NCBI GenBank assembly: GCA_964234715.1
Contig: OZ174275.1
Reading direction: 5' to 3' (one strand)
DNA from: Podarcis melisellensis
Lineage: Eukaryota
DNA length: 64,000 nucleotides
Part shown: piece after piece, positions 36,180 to 48,081 of the stretch
How the letters are laid out: every line of letters starts with the position of its first letter
Position numbering within the stretch: the first letter of the stretch is position 1
Position numbers and translations under genes: made by a program
Notes under the pieces: model-generated
Database searches by the model: none
What the model saw: the letters and a program-made list of their open reading frames with translations, nothing else
Told to the model about the DNA's origin: nothing

Positions 36180-37364
36180 TTGTTATGGCATAAATAGACC
36201 TGAGTCCATGAAAGCTTATGGCATAATCAATATATTAGGCTTGCATATTGGAACAGCAACTTATGAAAGTTCATGGAAGGACCATTTCCCCATCCTCTCT
36301 TACCCTTACAATCCCTCGTGCCCCATCCCATCTTCTTCATGAAGGCCCTACAACCCTCCAGAGAGGCTTTTCTGGGATTGGGGGTGGCTGTGGGTGAGGA
36401 AGGGACAGGGAACATTCCTTCGTTGTTTTGTGGAAGAATGCCATGTCTTAGTTTGATGGAAACTGAGGTCATTACGTGTTCCCTAATTGGTCAAGGTTCC
36501 GCTTTCCAGAAAAACCTGACCCACAGTAGGAAAAACAGTGGCATGCCTCTTTGATATTGACTGCTAACGCTAAGACCTACAGGAGAGTTTCCAGGAACAT
36601 TGTTGTTTTTCTACAGAGTACAATCTGCAAATATTTCAAATGAAGATATTTATTAATAGCTGATAAGTCAGACTGAGTGCCCAGATACTTATTGTTTTTA
36701 TTGCCTTTGTTTCCTGATGCCTACTTTTGGTTATATAGTCCAAGGCAAAAAGTTTAGTAAAATTTTCAGGAAGCAGAAATCACTTTCCTCTCTAAGCTGA
36801 GTTTTCAATAGTTTTCAATTCTTTCCACCCCTTTCTTCCTATCTCTACAGTCACTCCTCTGTAGTCTGCATGAAAATATTTTTTCTGTGTCACAGCCTTT
36901 GGATAGACCATTGCCACTTTCAAAAGCACCAGAAGTATGTAAAGATTTGACTGTCAATATTACTGATCAAGGATTTGTTTCATTTTTCTGTATAGCTTTA
37001 TTTTTTTTAAAAAAAAAATCACTACCCTTCTCTTCTTTTAGCAGAGACAGGCTGAATCAAAAGCTCTTCTGTGGGCACAAGGGCACCAACTGGATTCTAC
37101 CCAATTAGAACATAAAAGGGGCATTGCAACCTGTTTCTCAGTGACCAGACAGCTGCTATTGAGAAGCTCACAAGAAGAGCTTAAAGTCAACAGCCTCCTC
37201 GTCTACTGATATGAAATGATATCTTGCTGCTGAATATGGAGATTCCATTTAACCATCATGAGTAACAGCCATCAATGGACTTTTTCTCAGTAGATTTCCA
37301 TTTTATGACATATTTAATGTAATATCTGTTGAGGAAATGATAATGAAGAAAGCCAGAACAAAAG

Positions 37365-37530
37365 ATGATCTGCATGCAGAAGGTTCTAGATTCAATTTCT
37401 GGAATCTCCTAGTATTACTGAGATAGACTCCCTGCCTGAAACCTTGGTGAGCCTCTGCCACTCATTGTAGACAAAACTGGATTAAATGGACCAAAGGTTT
37501 AACTTGGTATAAGGTAGCTTTCTGTGTCTA
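37365..37530 (+). mobile_element. Degraded tRNA-derived SINE
   Basis: TGCATGCAGAAGGTTCTAGATTCAAT...CCTGCCTGAAACCTTGG...TATAAGGTAGCTT; related to 46205-46325. Confidence 0.6.
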
Positions 37531-38302
37531 TAGCTGATGAACCGTGAAGAGAGAGAATTTGGGTTCTAGATTATGCTAGGAAATAAGAACTTCTATACTT
37601 GCAGTGCAGCACAGAAAAACTATCTTCCCCACAATGCTTAACGCCACTCTTTCTGCCACCTCCAAACCTTGCTATTTCATCATTCATTCTTAACACTGCC
37701 ATTTCTCCCAACACTGCATGTGGTTCAACAGTGTCTGAGTGTGCTTGTGCGCCAAGTGTACAGTGCCAAGTGTGCCCTCTCTTTCCCCCTACTCCTAGCC
37801 AAACCTGTTGTTCACTGCCTTGCACTCTGCTCCGAGCTTGGCTTCGCTTCACTAGCCACCATGTGCAACAGCCACAGCCAGTAAGAAATGATTGACAGCA
37901 AACTGTAGGGTCTAGGAATCCATGGCACACTGAGAAGGTGATAATGTCTGCATGAGGCAGGAAGCGTTCAAGTGTGCGCTTTTGCAGTAAGGCAAGAGAG
38001 AGGAGATAATGGCAAAGCAAGCACATGGCGCGCGAACATGCACAAGAGGAATCCTATCTGGGCTTAGGCCTGACTCATGTCAACTTCAAGTGCTGTACTT
38101 GGCAACTGGCTTAGCAGTGGCAGCTGTTAACAGTCAAGAGCTGCCAAATGTGGGGGCAGGAAGAAGGCAATCATGCACACCCGCTTCACTATGTAATGTA
38201 AGGGGCAGGATGGTCCTTGAGTGTTGGCTCCGTTTTTTCTTCCTCCCCAAGCAGAATTCTCAGTTAGTAGTTCCAACTTCTCCCCACCTGCATCTCCAGC
38301 TC

Positions 38303-38890
38303 CCTAGTTATCAATATGCAGATGACGCCAAGTTCTATCCCTCTGTACCCTCTGAGTCAAGTGAAGTTGTGCCAGTGTTGACCTGATGTCTGGAGGCAGT
38401 AATGGGTTGGGTGAAGGCCAGTAAACTCAAGTTGAATCTTGACAAGACAGAGGTGTCGGTGGTAGGTGCTTCCTATGTCAAGAAAGTAGGTAGGTAATCG
38501 GTTCTAGAAGACGTTGGATTCACCTTGAAGGAGCAGGTGCATTTTCTGGGAGTGATCCTTAATTCGAAACTCACACTGGAGGCCCAGATGGCCTCAGTGA
38601 TAAACATTGCATATGCTCAGCAATTGGATGGTTTGCTAGCTGCATACATTCCTGGTCCAGACTAGCCAGGTCACTGTTATTCCTATCCTGGTAACCTCCT
38701 GATTAGATTACTGCAATGTGCTCTGTGTGGTGCCGCCCTTGAAGACCACCCAGAAGCTTCAGCTGGTGCAAAATTCTGTATGGTATCCCAAACTGAAACA
38801 ATATTTCACCAGTTACTTGGGAATTGCACTGACTGCCTATACACTGTTGGGCCCAGTTCAAAGTTTTGACTATGTTCTGCACTGGGGCTT
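38303..38890 (+). mobile_element. Old L2 LINE fragment (RT region)
   Basis: YQYADD motif in ORF 38009-38386, followed by KLKLNLDKTE and RLDYCN remnants with stops and frameshifts. Confidence 0.85.
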
Positions 38891-41169
38891 GAGATAAGTG
38901 GGGATGCTCTAGGTATGCCACTGCCACTGCCTGCTCCCCAGTTGGTGGTGTTATTGAGCAGAGTCTTCTCCTAGTCTTACTCTGAATGGAATTCCCTCCT
39001 GCTGATATTTGTGACATGGTACTTTGTAGTTTTAATTATTAGCATAGAATCACTAGCAGAACTCCCAAACAGTGTATTATAATTTGAATCCTGCATTGCA
39101 AGGAGTTAGCCTAGATTTCTTCCAACTACAATAATTCTACAATTCTATGATCATTATGAAATTAATGGTTTCACCTGCCTTTCTTACTTCTGCTCATAGC
39201 AAATGGTATCAGTCAAAAGCTTGGTGAACTGATGCAAATATTGCAAATCTTCAGCCAGTTATACCAGGCTGGACAAATATTTCACAGGAAGTCCTGCCAA
39301 AATCATCCAGTCCCCAGTGGAGGAAAATAACGGGAGAATTCTGAATGACTCAAAATGACAGGTGGGGAAAAGAGCAATGGTTGTGGTTTAATTGCTGCAT
39401 TCATTGTACAGGAAAGTTTCCAGTGCCAATGAACACACATTCTCTTTGTGGTAATTTCTCCAATCAAGCATTCTGTTGTTAGCTGTTAATTTCTACAAGC
39501 TTTTATGCTAGAGGCCCTGCTGAGTCTTTCACAATGTGGGGAATAATAGCTTTCTTTTGTCATTAGCAGTGTGAGATGGAAGAACCATTTTATTCAGCTC
39601 TAAAGGTTTCCTTCTATTAATTTCAGTAGGAGCTGGATCATGGCCTTATTCCAGGTTCAAAGATCAATAACAGTTGCCTTAGTTGGCATGATATAGTATC
39701 TACCTGCCCATAAGGGAATCCGTTTCGGGAGAAGGTTTAAACCAGTGGTGGATAGCCAATGTGGTTCCGTTCAGATGTTGTTTAATGCATAATTACTTTA
39801 ATGTATAATTTAACTCTTTGTATCTTAAGAACTCTGAATAGTTCTATGTTCAGAAAATACCTTGACATTTCCCTGACCTCATCTTTTGTACAAATCTGAG
39901 TAGTGGAAAGTCCTGCCTATAAACAAGTTGTGAGTTTTATATATTACTCTTTGAATCGCACACACGGTAAAGTTCACCCTCATTCTTAGCTTTGGCTACA
40001 ATGGAGAAAAAGTCTGAGGACTATTTGAGGATATCCCTAGAGTGAAGTAAGAATGTTTAGCACTGTCTGGCCTTTGAGTCATGCAATGTTTTGGTACTTT
40101 CCGTCCTAGCATATATGACTAGTAGCTTTTGAAGCAGCTATCTGATGCTATGTTGTTTATAACCTGGAAGCTACTCCAGATCCTTCCATTACCAAAGCTT
40201 CTAGGAAACAGTTCAATAGTTTTAGAGCTATGAAAGCTTACTGCAGATTAATTTTTTAGTGCCACATTGGACAGCTATTTCGTGCAGTCATTCCACCACA
40301 AATACAATCTATCCACGCTCTTGATTTCACAGCCTCTGCTAGCTGTCTGCATTGCCAGTCACATTAGGGAAGAGAGGCTGGTGGAGCTGATCCAAATAGC
40401 AGCCGTCTTCCAGGAACATATTAGTCCAGACAGAGCTGCCTTACCTCAACAGCAAAAGAATTCTGATAAGATGAGGCTTGGTCAGTAACAGTTTACTTTT
40501 CATGAGGCACAAATGTATGAATCAGAGGTTACGTCTCCACACCTCCATAATGAGAGCTAAGCAAAACCCATCTGTTTTGGCACAAGGAGATGTTACACAG
40601 AACCTCATTGTAGGTGTGAGAAACCATTGTAGCATTTTAGGAGCCAAGCCAAGAGCCGTACAGATCATGTGGCACTAATTCGCTTTTCCTTCTCTGCCAT
40701 TCTCAGGCCATTAAGTCTAGAACACTAAAGCCCTGTTCAAGCATTATTGCCTGAACAGGAAATATCAATCCATATAGGGGGCGCATACAAGGGCTCTGCC
40801 TCCAAGATTCCTGTCCCCTGACACTTAGTACCAGACCTTCTCATGTTGAGCAAGGAAGGGCTGAGGGAGACATGAGTAAGGATTCCCACTAAATCGGAGC
40901 CCCTGATCACATGGTGGCTTCTACATACAGTACATTCAAGCAAGCAGAGAGGGTAGGGTTGACCCACATGAAGACATTGGGGGTATCAGGCCTCCAACAC
41001 ATAAGGAGGCATCTTGTTCAGGCATTGTACCTTAGTAGGACTTAACACCACAGACCCGAATCTTCCTGGGGTCCTGGTGATAATGGAGAACCAATCCCGC
41101 ACCACTGCCTGATAGAACAAGCCAAGATCTGCTACATTCTTTTGTTCTGGGCAGCTCATCATTGATGCG

Positions 41170-41240
41170 TGATTTTATCTTGTAAACCGCCCCAAGGGCT
41201 GCGGGAATAGGGTGGTATACAAATTGAATAAATAAATAAA
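41170..41240 (+). mobile_element. L2-like 3' tail
   Basis: TGTAAACCGCCC...GGTGGTATACAAAT...(AATA)n. Confidence 0.6.
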
Positions 41241-41474
41241 ATGAGAAGGCAGCCAGTGACAATGCACTTTTGGACTACTGGCGGTGCAGTGAGCCAGTTG
41301 CTGCCTCTGCTTCAGTTGACTGTACTGGGCCTAGTCACTGGACGGGTGCAGTGCCACCACTGGACAACTGCCTCACTTACTTGCAAGTCTCAAGTTGCAT
41401 TAGCAGACCGGGCAGTACTGCAAGAAGAATCAATTGAAATAACCACCGGCGGCCACATGGATCTTGGGTTAAGG

Positions 41475-41620
41475 CAGTGGCGTAGCGTGGGGGGTGCAGG
41501 GGGGCCGGCCGCACTGGGCACAACATCTGGGGGTTAGGGTTAGGGGGTGCAAATCCACGGGTTAGGGGGCGCAAATTACTTGCCTTGCCCCGGATGCTGA
41601 CAACCCACGCTACGCCACTG
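41475..41620. mobile_element. hAT MITE containing TTAGGG hexamers
   Basis: 17-bp TIR CAGTGGCGTAGCGTGGG/CCCACGCTACGCCACTG; TSD GGTTAAGG/GGTGAAGG. Confidence 0.9.
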
Positions 41621-43109
41621 GGTGAAGGGCACACTGTGCCACTAAACAGCATATGCCCTTAATCTCCCATGGTTCCTACTCTCTTCCACCAGCTGTGGGA
41701 AGCCAGATCTTGCCAGCACTTGAGTGCCTGACTACAGGACAAGAAGAAGGTTGCTATTATTAAAGTATGACACTTTGTACTGAAGGAAGAGCCTTATAAA
41801 TATGTGAAATTGTGACCACATTCAAATCCTGACCATGTTCTAAAACAGAGTAAGACAAATGCATGTTTATCTTTGTTTACATGTAAGCAAGAAGAGCCTG
41901 CAGCTTTTATTAACCCTCCTCTTCACAAAAAAGAGACACTTTGCTTTGTTGTTGGCACTCTTCTCTGGCTGCTGCAAAGGTCCCTATCAGTGTTTTCCAG
42001 AGTTGCTAATTGCAGCTTCCAAAAGTTATCTCCAGGGCTGCTTCACACAGAGTTCATCCGTGTTTTTACAAAACAAGCATTTAGTGAGAGGAAAACACAC
42101 CAGCGCAAGAAGGAAGCATGAATTGTATTGCCCCCATCCATTTCCTACCATTTGGGCACTGCAGTGATAAACACGGCTGCTGCATAGCACAAGCTGATTA
42201 TGAGTCACAGTCACCATGTCAAATACTTTGAAATTATTGCCCGCAAACACCCAAGAAAGCATGCAACTACTAGATTACAACTGTAAACCAGAAATAGAAG
42301 GGCTGTTAAAATAGAGTTTCAGACTGCTTAGTGTAGAACATCTCAAATATTTAAGCAGTAATAAATTGGCTCTAGTTCAGCTCCTTTCACTATGCACCAA
42401 GGAATGTTTGTGGTATTAAGATTATATTGGTGGAAATAATCTTTGTGCTGTTGTGATAATCACAGTTAAAAACAACTTGCAAATGCAGCTTCATTGAGCA
42501 TACGAAATAAAGGGCTCAATTGCAGCTGAGATTCTGTAGCTCCAGTTGTTGATTTTTCTTAGTTCTGTAAAATTTATAAAATATTTGGAGTCATGAAGGC
42601 TCCTCTTACATTTCTGCAGTAGATTTGCTATGTTACTTGCATAGAAAATGCACTGAAAATAGGGTGGCTATACAGTCCTCTCTTTGTCTGGTCCAAGCCT
42701 AGTTTTAAGATAAAGGTGTTACCCCAAGTAAGGAGAACAGGGGCTTTGAAGATGCCCATCCACATTCAGTACCTGGACAGCAGACTGAGGGACAGAGGTC
42801 ACCTGGTCCCAGTCTTCCCCACTATTTAAATTATAGCAATTATTACTGACACTTGCAGATATAAATAAGCATATGTAAATTTTACATAAACCTGTGTCCT
42901 CAACTGCCCTCCTTTTTGGTGGTACATGTCCTTTTTGGGGGATGATGCAAAAGTGGCTAATTTAGAACCCTTTATATCTCCTTATTTTTTGACCTTTCAA
43001 GAACCTGACCAGGGAATGGTCTTATCTGTTGCCCCCAAGAATCTTAACTTGGCAATGATGCCACCTTAAAAAATTCCTCAGTTTGAGGAGTTGAATAATT
43101 CTAAGAATA

Positions 43110-44766
43110 CAGTGGTGCCTCGCAAGACGAAATTAATTCGTTCCGCAAGTCTCTTCGTCTTGCGGTTTTTTCGTCTTGCGATGCACGGTTTCCCATAGGA
43201 ATGCATTGAAAATCAATTAATGCGTTCCTAGGGAAACCGCCTTCAGACCAGGTCCGGGGACAGTCTGTCCCCCGACCTCTTCTGAAGGCTGGGGGGGGGG
43301 ACAAGGGCTTTTCTTCCCACTGCCAGCCTTCAGAAGGCTGTTCTGAAGGCTGGCGGTGGGAAGAAAAGCCCTTCTTCCCACCTCCCGCCCCGCAAGCTCC
43401 GGGGACAGGAGGGCTTTGCTGCCGACCGCCAGCATTTTAAAAGCCCCTGCTGTCCCGGGGCGATTTTAAAATGCTGGCAGGCGGGAGCGAAGTCTCCGCT
43501 GCCCCGAGGAGATTTTAAAATGCTGGGGGTCGGCAGCGAACGCTTCGCTCCCGTCCGCCAGCATTTTAAGATCGCCCGGGGCAGCGGAGAAGTCTCCGCT
43601 GTCCCGGGAAGGCAGGCGGGGGGAGCAAAGACTTTTGCCCCCGCCTGCCTTCAGAAGAGGTCCAGGACCTCGTTCCGATGCCCGGCGGCGGGGTGAGAGG
43701 TTCCCGCCCCCCCCGCCCCGCTTCGGAGCAGCGTTCCGAAGCGGGGCGGCTGGGGCAGGTGTTCCCGCCCCCCCGCCCCGCTTCGGAGCAGCGTTCCGAA
43801 GCGGGGCGGCTGGGGTAGGTGTTCCCGCCCCCCCGCCCCGCTTCGGAGCAGCGTTCCGAAGCGGGGCGGCTGGGGCAGGTGTTCCCGCCCCCCCGCCCCG
43901 CTTCGGAGCAGCGTTCCGAAGCGGGGCGGCTGGGGCAGGTGTTCCCGCCCCCCCCGCCCCGCTTCGGAGCAGCGTTCCGAAGCGGGGCGGCTGGGGCAGG
44001 TGTTCCCGCCCCCCCGCCCCGCTTCGGAGCAGCGTTCCGAAGCGGGGCGGCTGGGGCAGGTGTTCCCGCCCCCCGCCCCGCTTCGGAGCAGCGTTCCGAA
44101 GCGGGGCGGCTGGGGTAGGTGTTCCCGCCCCCCCCGCCCCGCTTCGGAGCAGCGTTCCGAAGCCGGGCGGTGGGGGCAGGTGTTCCCGCCCCCCGCCCCG
44201 CTTCGGAGCAGCGTTCCGAAGCCGGGCGGTGGGGGCAGGTGTTCCCTCCCCCCCGCCCGGCTTCGGAGCACCGGGAGAAGCGATCTCCCCGCAGCCCCTT
44301 GCTTCAAAAGAGGTCCGGGGGCAGCGGGGAAGAAGCGCTGCGCTTCCCGCTGCCCCCGGACCTCTTTTGAAGCAAGGGGCTGCGGGGAGATCGCTTTTCC
44401 CCGCAAACCCTTGCTTCAAAAGAGGTCCGGGGGCAGCGCGAAGCGCTTCCCGCTGTCCCCGGACCTCTTTTGAAGCAAGGGGCGGTGGGGAGAAGCGATC
44501 TCCCCGCAGCCCCTTGCTTCAAAAGAGGTCCGGGGGCAGCGGGAAGCGCTTCCCGCTGTCCCCGGACCTGGGGCTGCGGGGAGAAGATCGCTTCTCCCCG
44601 CCGCCCCTTGCTTCAAAAGAGAAGACCCGCTGTCCCCTGGGCAAGCTTCGTTTTGCGAAGCAAGCCCATAGGGAAATTCGTCTTGCGAGGCAACTCGAAA
44701 ACGAAAAAACCTTTTGTTTTGCGAGTTTTTCGTCTCGCGAGGCGTTCGTCTTGCGGGGTACCACTG
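43110..44766. mobile_element. Tigger-like non-autonomous element, family C, with GC-rich minisatellite cargo
   Basis: TA-CAGTGGTGCCTCGCAAGACGAA ... TTCGTCTTGCGGGGTACCACTG-TA, with repeated subterminal TTCGTCTTGCG motifs. No transposase ORF. Confidence 0.9.
43700..44270. repeat. 59-61-bp GC-rich palindromic minisatellite, about 9.5 units
   Basis: Units start near 43700, 43761, 43821, 43881, 43941, 44002, 44062, 44121, 44182 and 44241. The canonical unit has CCGCCCCGCTTCGGA-GCAGCGT-TCCGAAGCGGGGCGG. Confidence 0.95.
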
Positions 44767-45046
44767 TAACAACAATGCAGAACAGGCTGCTAATTACATG
44801 AATTGGAAAATCATTGGGCAAGCTGGAAGGCATAAACCCCTAAAACTCAGGGGAGTGAACTTGGAATAGGACACACTGTTGATTCTCAGCTGATCGTTTG
44901 CTTTATTTAGTTCATTAACAATCACCCTCAGAAAATAATCTATATTATATTATCACAACTCTGGAAGTCTGTCTGAGGCTCTTCTCTAGTTTCTGAGATG
45001 TCACCAGCAGATATTATTTATTTCACTTATGAATTGTTTTCTAGGC

Positions 45047-45125
45047 ATAATAATAATAATAATAATTTTTATTTATATCCTGCCCTTCCACAGCCAAAGC
45101 CGGGATCAGAGCGGCTAACAACAGT
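45047..45125 (-). mobile_element. LINE 3' tail (L2-like) with (AAT)n
   Basis: (AAT)n TTTTATTTATATCCTGCCC...AGAGCGGCTAAC. Confidence 0.6.
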
Positions 45126-45168
45126 AAAATAATACAACATAAAGCATCTTGAAGCAATCCAACAATAA

Positions 45169-45193
45169 ACACACACACACACACACACACACA
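45169..45193. repeat. (AC)n microsatellite
   Basis: Directly visible. Confidence 0.95.
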
Positions 45194-45290
45194 AACAACC
45201 ATACACCAATTTCAAGTAAAAAGAAAAATCTAATATTCTCATGATGCTTAATTCTAAAATCTTGATATGTTGAAGATGCAGCTCATAGAC

Positions 45291-45319
45291 GTTGTTGTTG
45301 TTGTTGTTGTTGTTGTTGT
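45291..45319. repeat. (GTT)n microsatellite
   Basis: Directly visible. Confidence 0.95.
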
Positions 45320-46204
45320 AAGCAGAGCATCCTGCTTTTCTTTGTAATGCAACAGGTCAGGCTACTGTTACCTGGCATGCAGCAGTATCACTGCACTGTG
45401 CCTCATTCAGCACATCATCTATAAGTTCTCTGCTATGACCCTTGCATCATGTGGAAATAAACCCAATTCTAGTTTACGAACCATGCCTATCTATTCTCTT
45501 CTGTTCTTCTTTGGAGATGAACATTTGTATATTGGCACTAGATGACTGTACACTTTGGCAGACCTAAGTGCCTCTAATGCTACTGCTTTCTTTCTGTGGA
45601 GAAGGGCAAAACTACTGGCCTAACTTCCCCTCTAGCCTAAGTGTTAGTATGATGTAATCATTGGATCATGGGTAGACATTTCATAGGTTCTTAAGAATGG
45701 AAGTCAAGCATAAGCTTTGTAGTCAGTTGTGAACATTCCACACACCTTGAAGAATTAATGGATACTGTGCCAAAGCAAAGTTGGAGGAGAGTGGATCATG
45801 TCAGTGAATTTAGGGTATGTTCTTCCTACTGCTGCTGCCACCAAGCAACTCCATTTTCCTTTACGGAGCCCATATCTTTCTCTGCCAGAAGTCTGCTGGC
45901 AGATACTTTCCAAATGAAACAGACAGACTGCAATTAAACACTTCTATGTGGCTGAACACAGTAATGTTATGAATACCCTGGGAAATATAAACAATCCGCA
46001 AATGGGAATCACTTCCATTACATGATTCAACAATATGAATGCTTTTCAAGCATACGATAATAAAAAAATCTATAAGATAACACAACCACACTTTTATCTC
46101 ATTAAAATGATTTTATGAGAATACTGTGCTTCCGCCATACTTTTCTAAACTCGCTTCACTGAAGGGTGTAAAGATAACTTACTTTCTGTTGCTCGGCAGG
46201 GAAC

Positions 46205-46325
46205 AGACTGCAGATCAGTGGTAGAGCATCTCCCAGATTCAGTCCCTGGCATCTAAAGGTAGGGCTGGGACTATATCCTGTCTGAAAATTGGCTGCTGCC
46301 AACCAGTAATGATGTAAGAAGGCAT
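46205..46325 (+). mobile_element. Degraded tRNA-derived SINE
   Basis: TCAGTGGTAGAGCATC A box and CCAGATTCAGTCCCTGGCATCT B-box region. Confidence 0.6.
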
Positions 46326-46409
46326 CCATTTCCATTCTGACTCATCTTCATTTCATGCAGCTCTGTTTCCATTCTGCTGCAGGCTGGCTTCCAAGAAAAA
46401 CTATGATAT

Positions 46410-46985
46410 TCAGCTTACTGGATGGCTAGCTGAAAGAAGAAAGTCTTCAGCAAACACTGAGAAGACAACAGAGATGACACCTGTTTGATATATACTAGGA
46501 GGGAGCTCCGAAGGGTAGGTGCTGCCCCACTAAAGGCCTGGTTCCAATGTTGTGTGGAATAGACCTCCTGATAAGAAAGTATCTGCAAGATGCCCTCTCC
46601 TGCAGACTGAAGTGATTGGTTGGTTATATAAGCTGCTGAGAGATTAAGGAGAATCAACAAGGTTGTCCTCTGTCATCTCTCACCTGGCACAGGTCAACCA
46701 AAGCAGTTTCAAACTCAAATTCAGACCCAAAACTGGATTGAAATGGGTCTAAATAATCATCCCAAAGTTGTTCGGCTACCTCTTTCTTGAGCACTTTGCC
46801 CAGGGAAGACGTATTAGTAACTAGGTGCCAGTTGTCAGGTGCTTCTGGGTCCAGTGACATCCTCTAAAGGAGAGAATGGGCCATTGTCTCCATCATGGCA
46901 GATGGCACTTCCCTCTCCTTCAACGAAACATTCTAAACTCAAAGGGCAAGGGTTGAAGAGGCATGTGGTGGTCCAAACCCCTGCA
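46410..46985 (-). mobile_element. Old L2 LINE fragment with internal deletions
   Basis: Minus-strand remnants TTCLFNPCP, YLDPFQSSF...ETALV, LILLNLSAA and AFSGAAPTL...LLKTFFF. Confidence 0.8.
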
Positions 46986-47929
46986 AGAAACCTGTCCTTG
47001 TTATCAGGATACAGTAATTGAAACAACCCCGGACCAGACAGTGCTCTGGACACTTCCATTAAACCTACCTGCAGTGTCTAATTCTGAACAAATCCAAGAA
47101 TTTTTACCCTCAAATTGCCTAGCACACATCACAGCAGGCTACCAAGTATACCATCAACTCCTTTCATTGCGAAGACCCCCACAAGAGCTTTCACTTCTCA
47201 GAAAAGTTTTGCTGGATGGCTACTTGAGGATGCAACAGTGGTAGAGAAATAAGCCTTTATCACTGCACCACTGACACATTGCAGACAGAAAGATGTGCTT
47301 GCATCCATGTTCAGTCAAACTCATTCTGAGATGAGCACATCCTTCGTTCCACCCATTGCCATTCCTGGTTCATTGTCTGCATCTCCCCAGAGTGCCAGGG
47401 AGCCCCATGGAATGCTTCTTCTTTTCTTGCCACAGGAAAGTCTGGATTGCAGAGATGCCAAGTTTCAAAATGTTAAAATATTTCTTTCTTTTTTTTCATA
47501 GTTCACTTTAAAAAATGCCATCTGTTTTTCATAACACCACTAAAAATATTTTTCCACACTGCCCTGGTATGCTCCTTATGGAAATTACTATGGGATCCTT
47601 GGGAACTATGGACTGAGGTCACAGAAAAGGGAATGTTGCCATATTTATTATGTGTATTTAATAAAATGCTATATAAGTGCATTAAATATGTTCAAAAATA
47701 TTTGACCCTGCTTCAGTCAAAATCATGAAGATAAGCAGGGGCTGTTTCACGCCTAAGCTTTCTTTTCTGAGAAATAATTTATTTACACGGTGGAAGCCCC
47801 TCAAATGAAGGGAGCTCGGGTGGGTGAATATGGGCGACATAGCTGTGGCCAGAGTGCAAGGTTTTGCAATTTTATTCTCCAACTATACTGGCTGAAGTAC
47901 TTTTAGATTTGCTCTAAGTCCTCCATGCC

Positions 47930-48081
47930 AGTGTATTTTGAAGATACTACACCACTGGGGATTCCATGCAGGCAGACCACTAGCGCCATCTTTTGGAAAC
48001 GCCCCCCCCCCCAACCAGACGTCAATTCTGCCTTTGAAATCCCGGTAATGGCCAGGAAATTCCAGACTTATGGCAACCCTA
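47930..48081. mobile_element. hAT-Tip100-like end fragment
   Basis: Terminates in TGGCAACCCTA, a Tip100-type TIR; the left end was not found. Confidence 0.45.

Noticed and set aside
36005-36230. Possible third PLE hammerhead remnant split by the MITE at 36042
   Set aside because: Only GAAAGCTTA and an AAAGACTAA-like piece remain; the CTGANGA core is not properly placed and the sequence is too degraded to call.
43700-44270. CRISPR-like array of palindromic repeats
   Set aside because: No unique spacers, no cas genes, and a eukaryotic context.
43466-44801. Long overlapping ORFs (388, 317 and 251 aa)
   Set aside because: They are translations of a stop-poor GC-rich minisatellite, open on both strands and in several frames, with no DDD/DDE or other domain.
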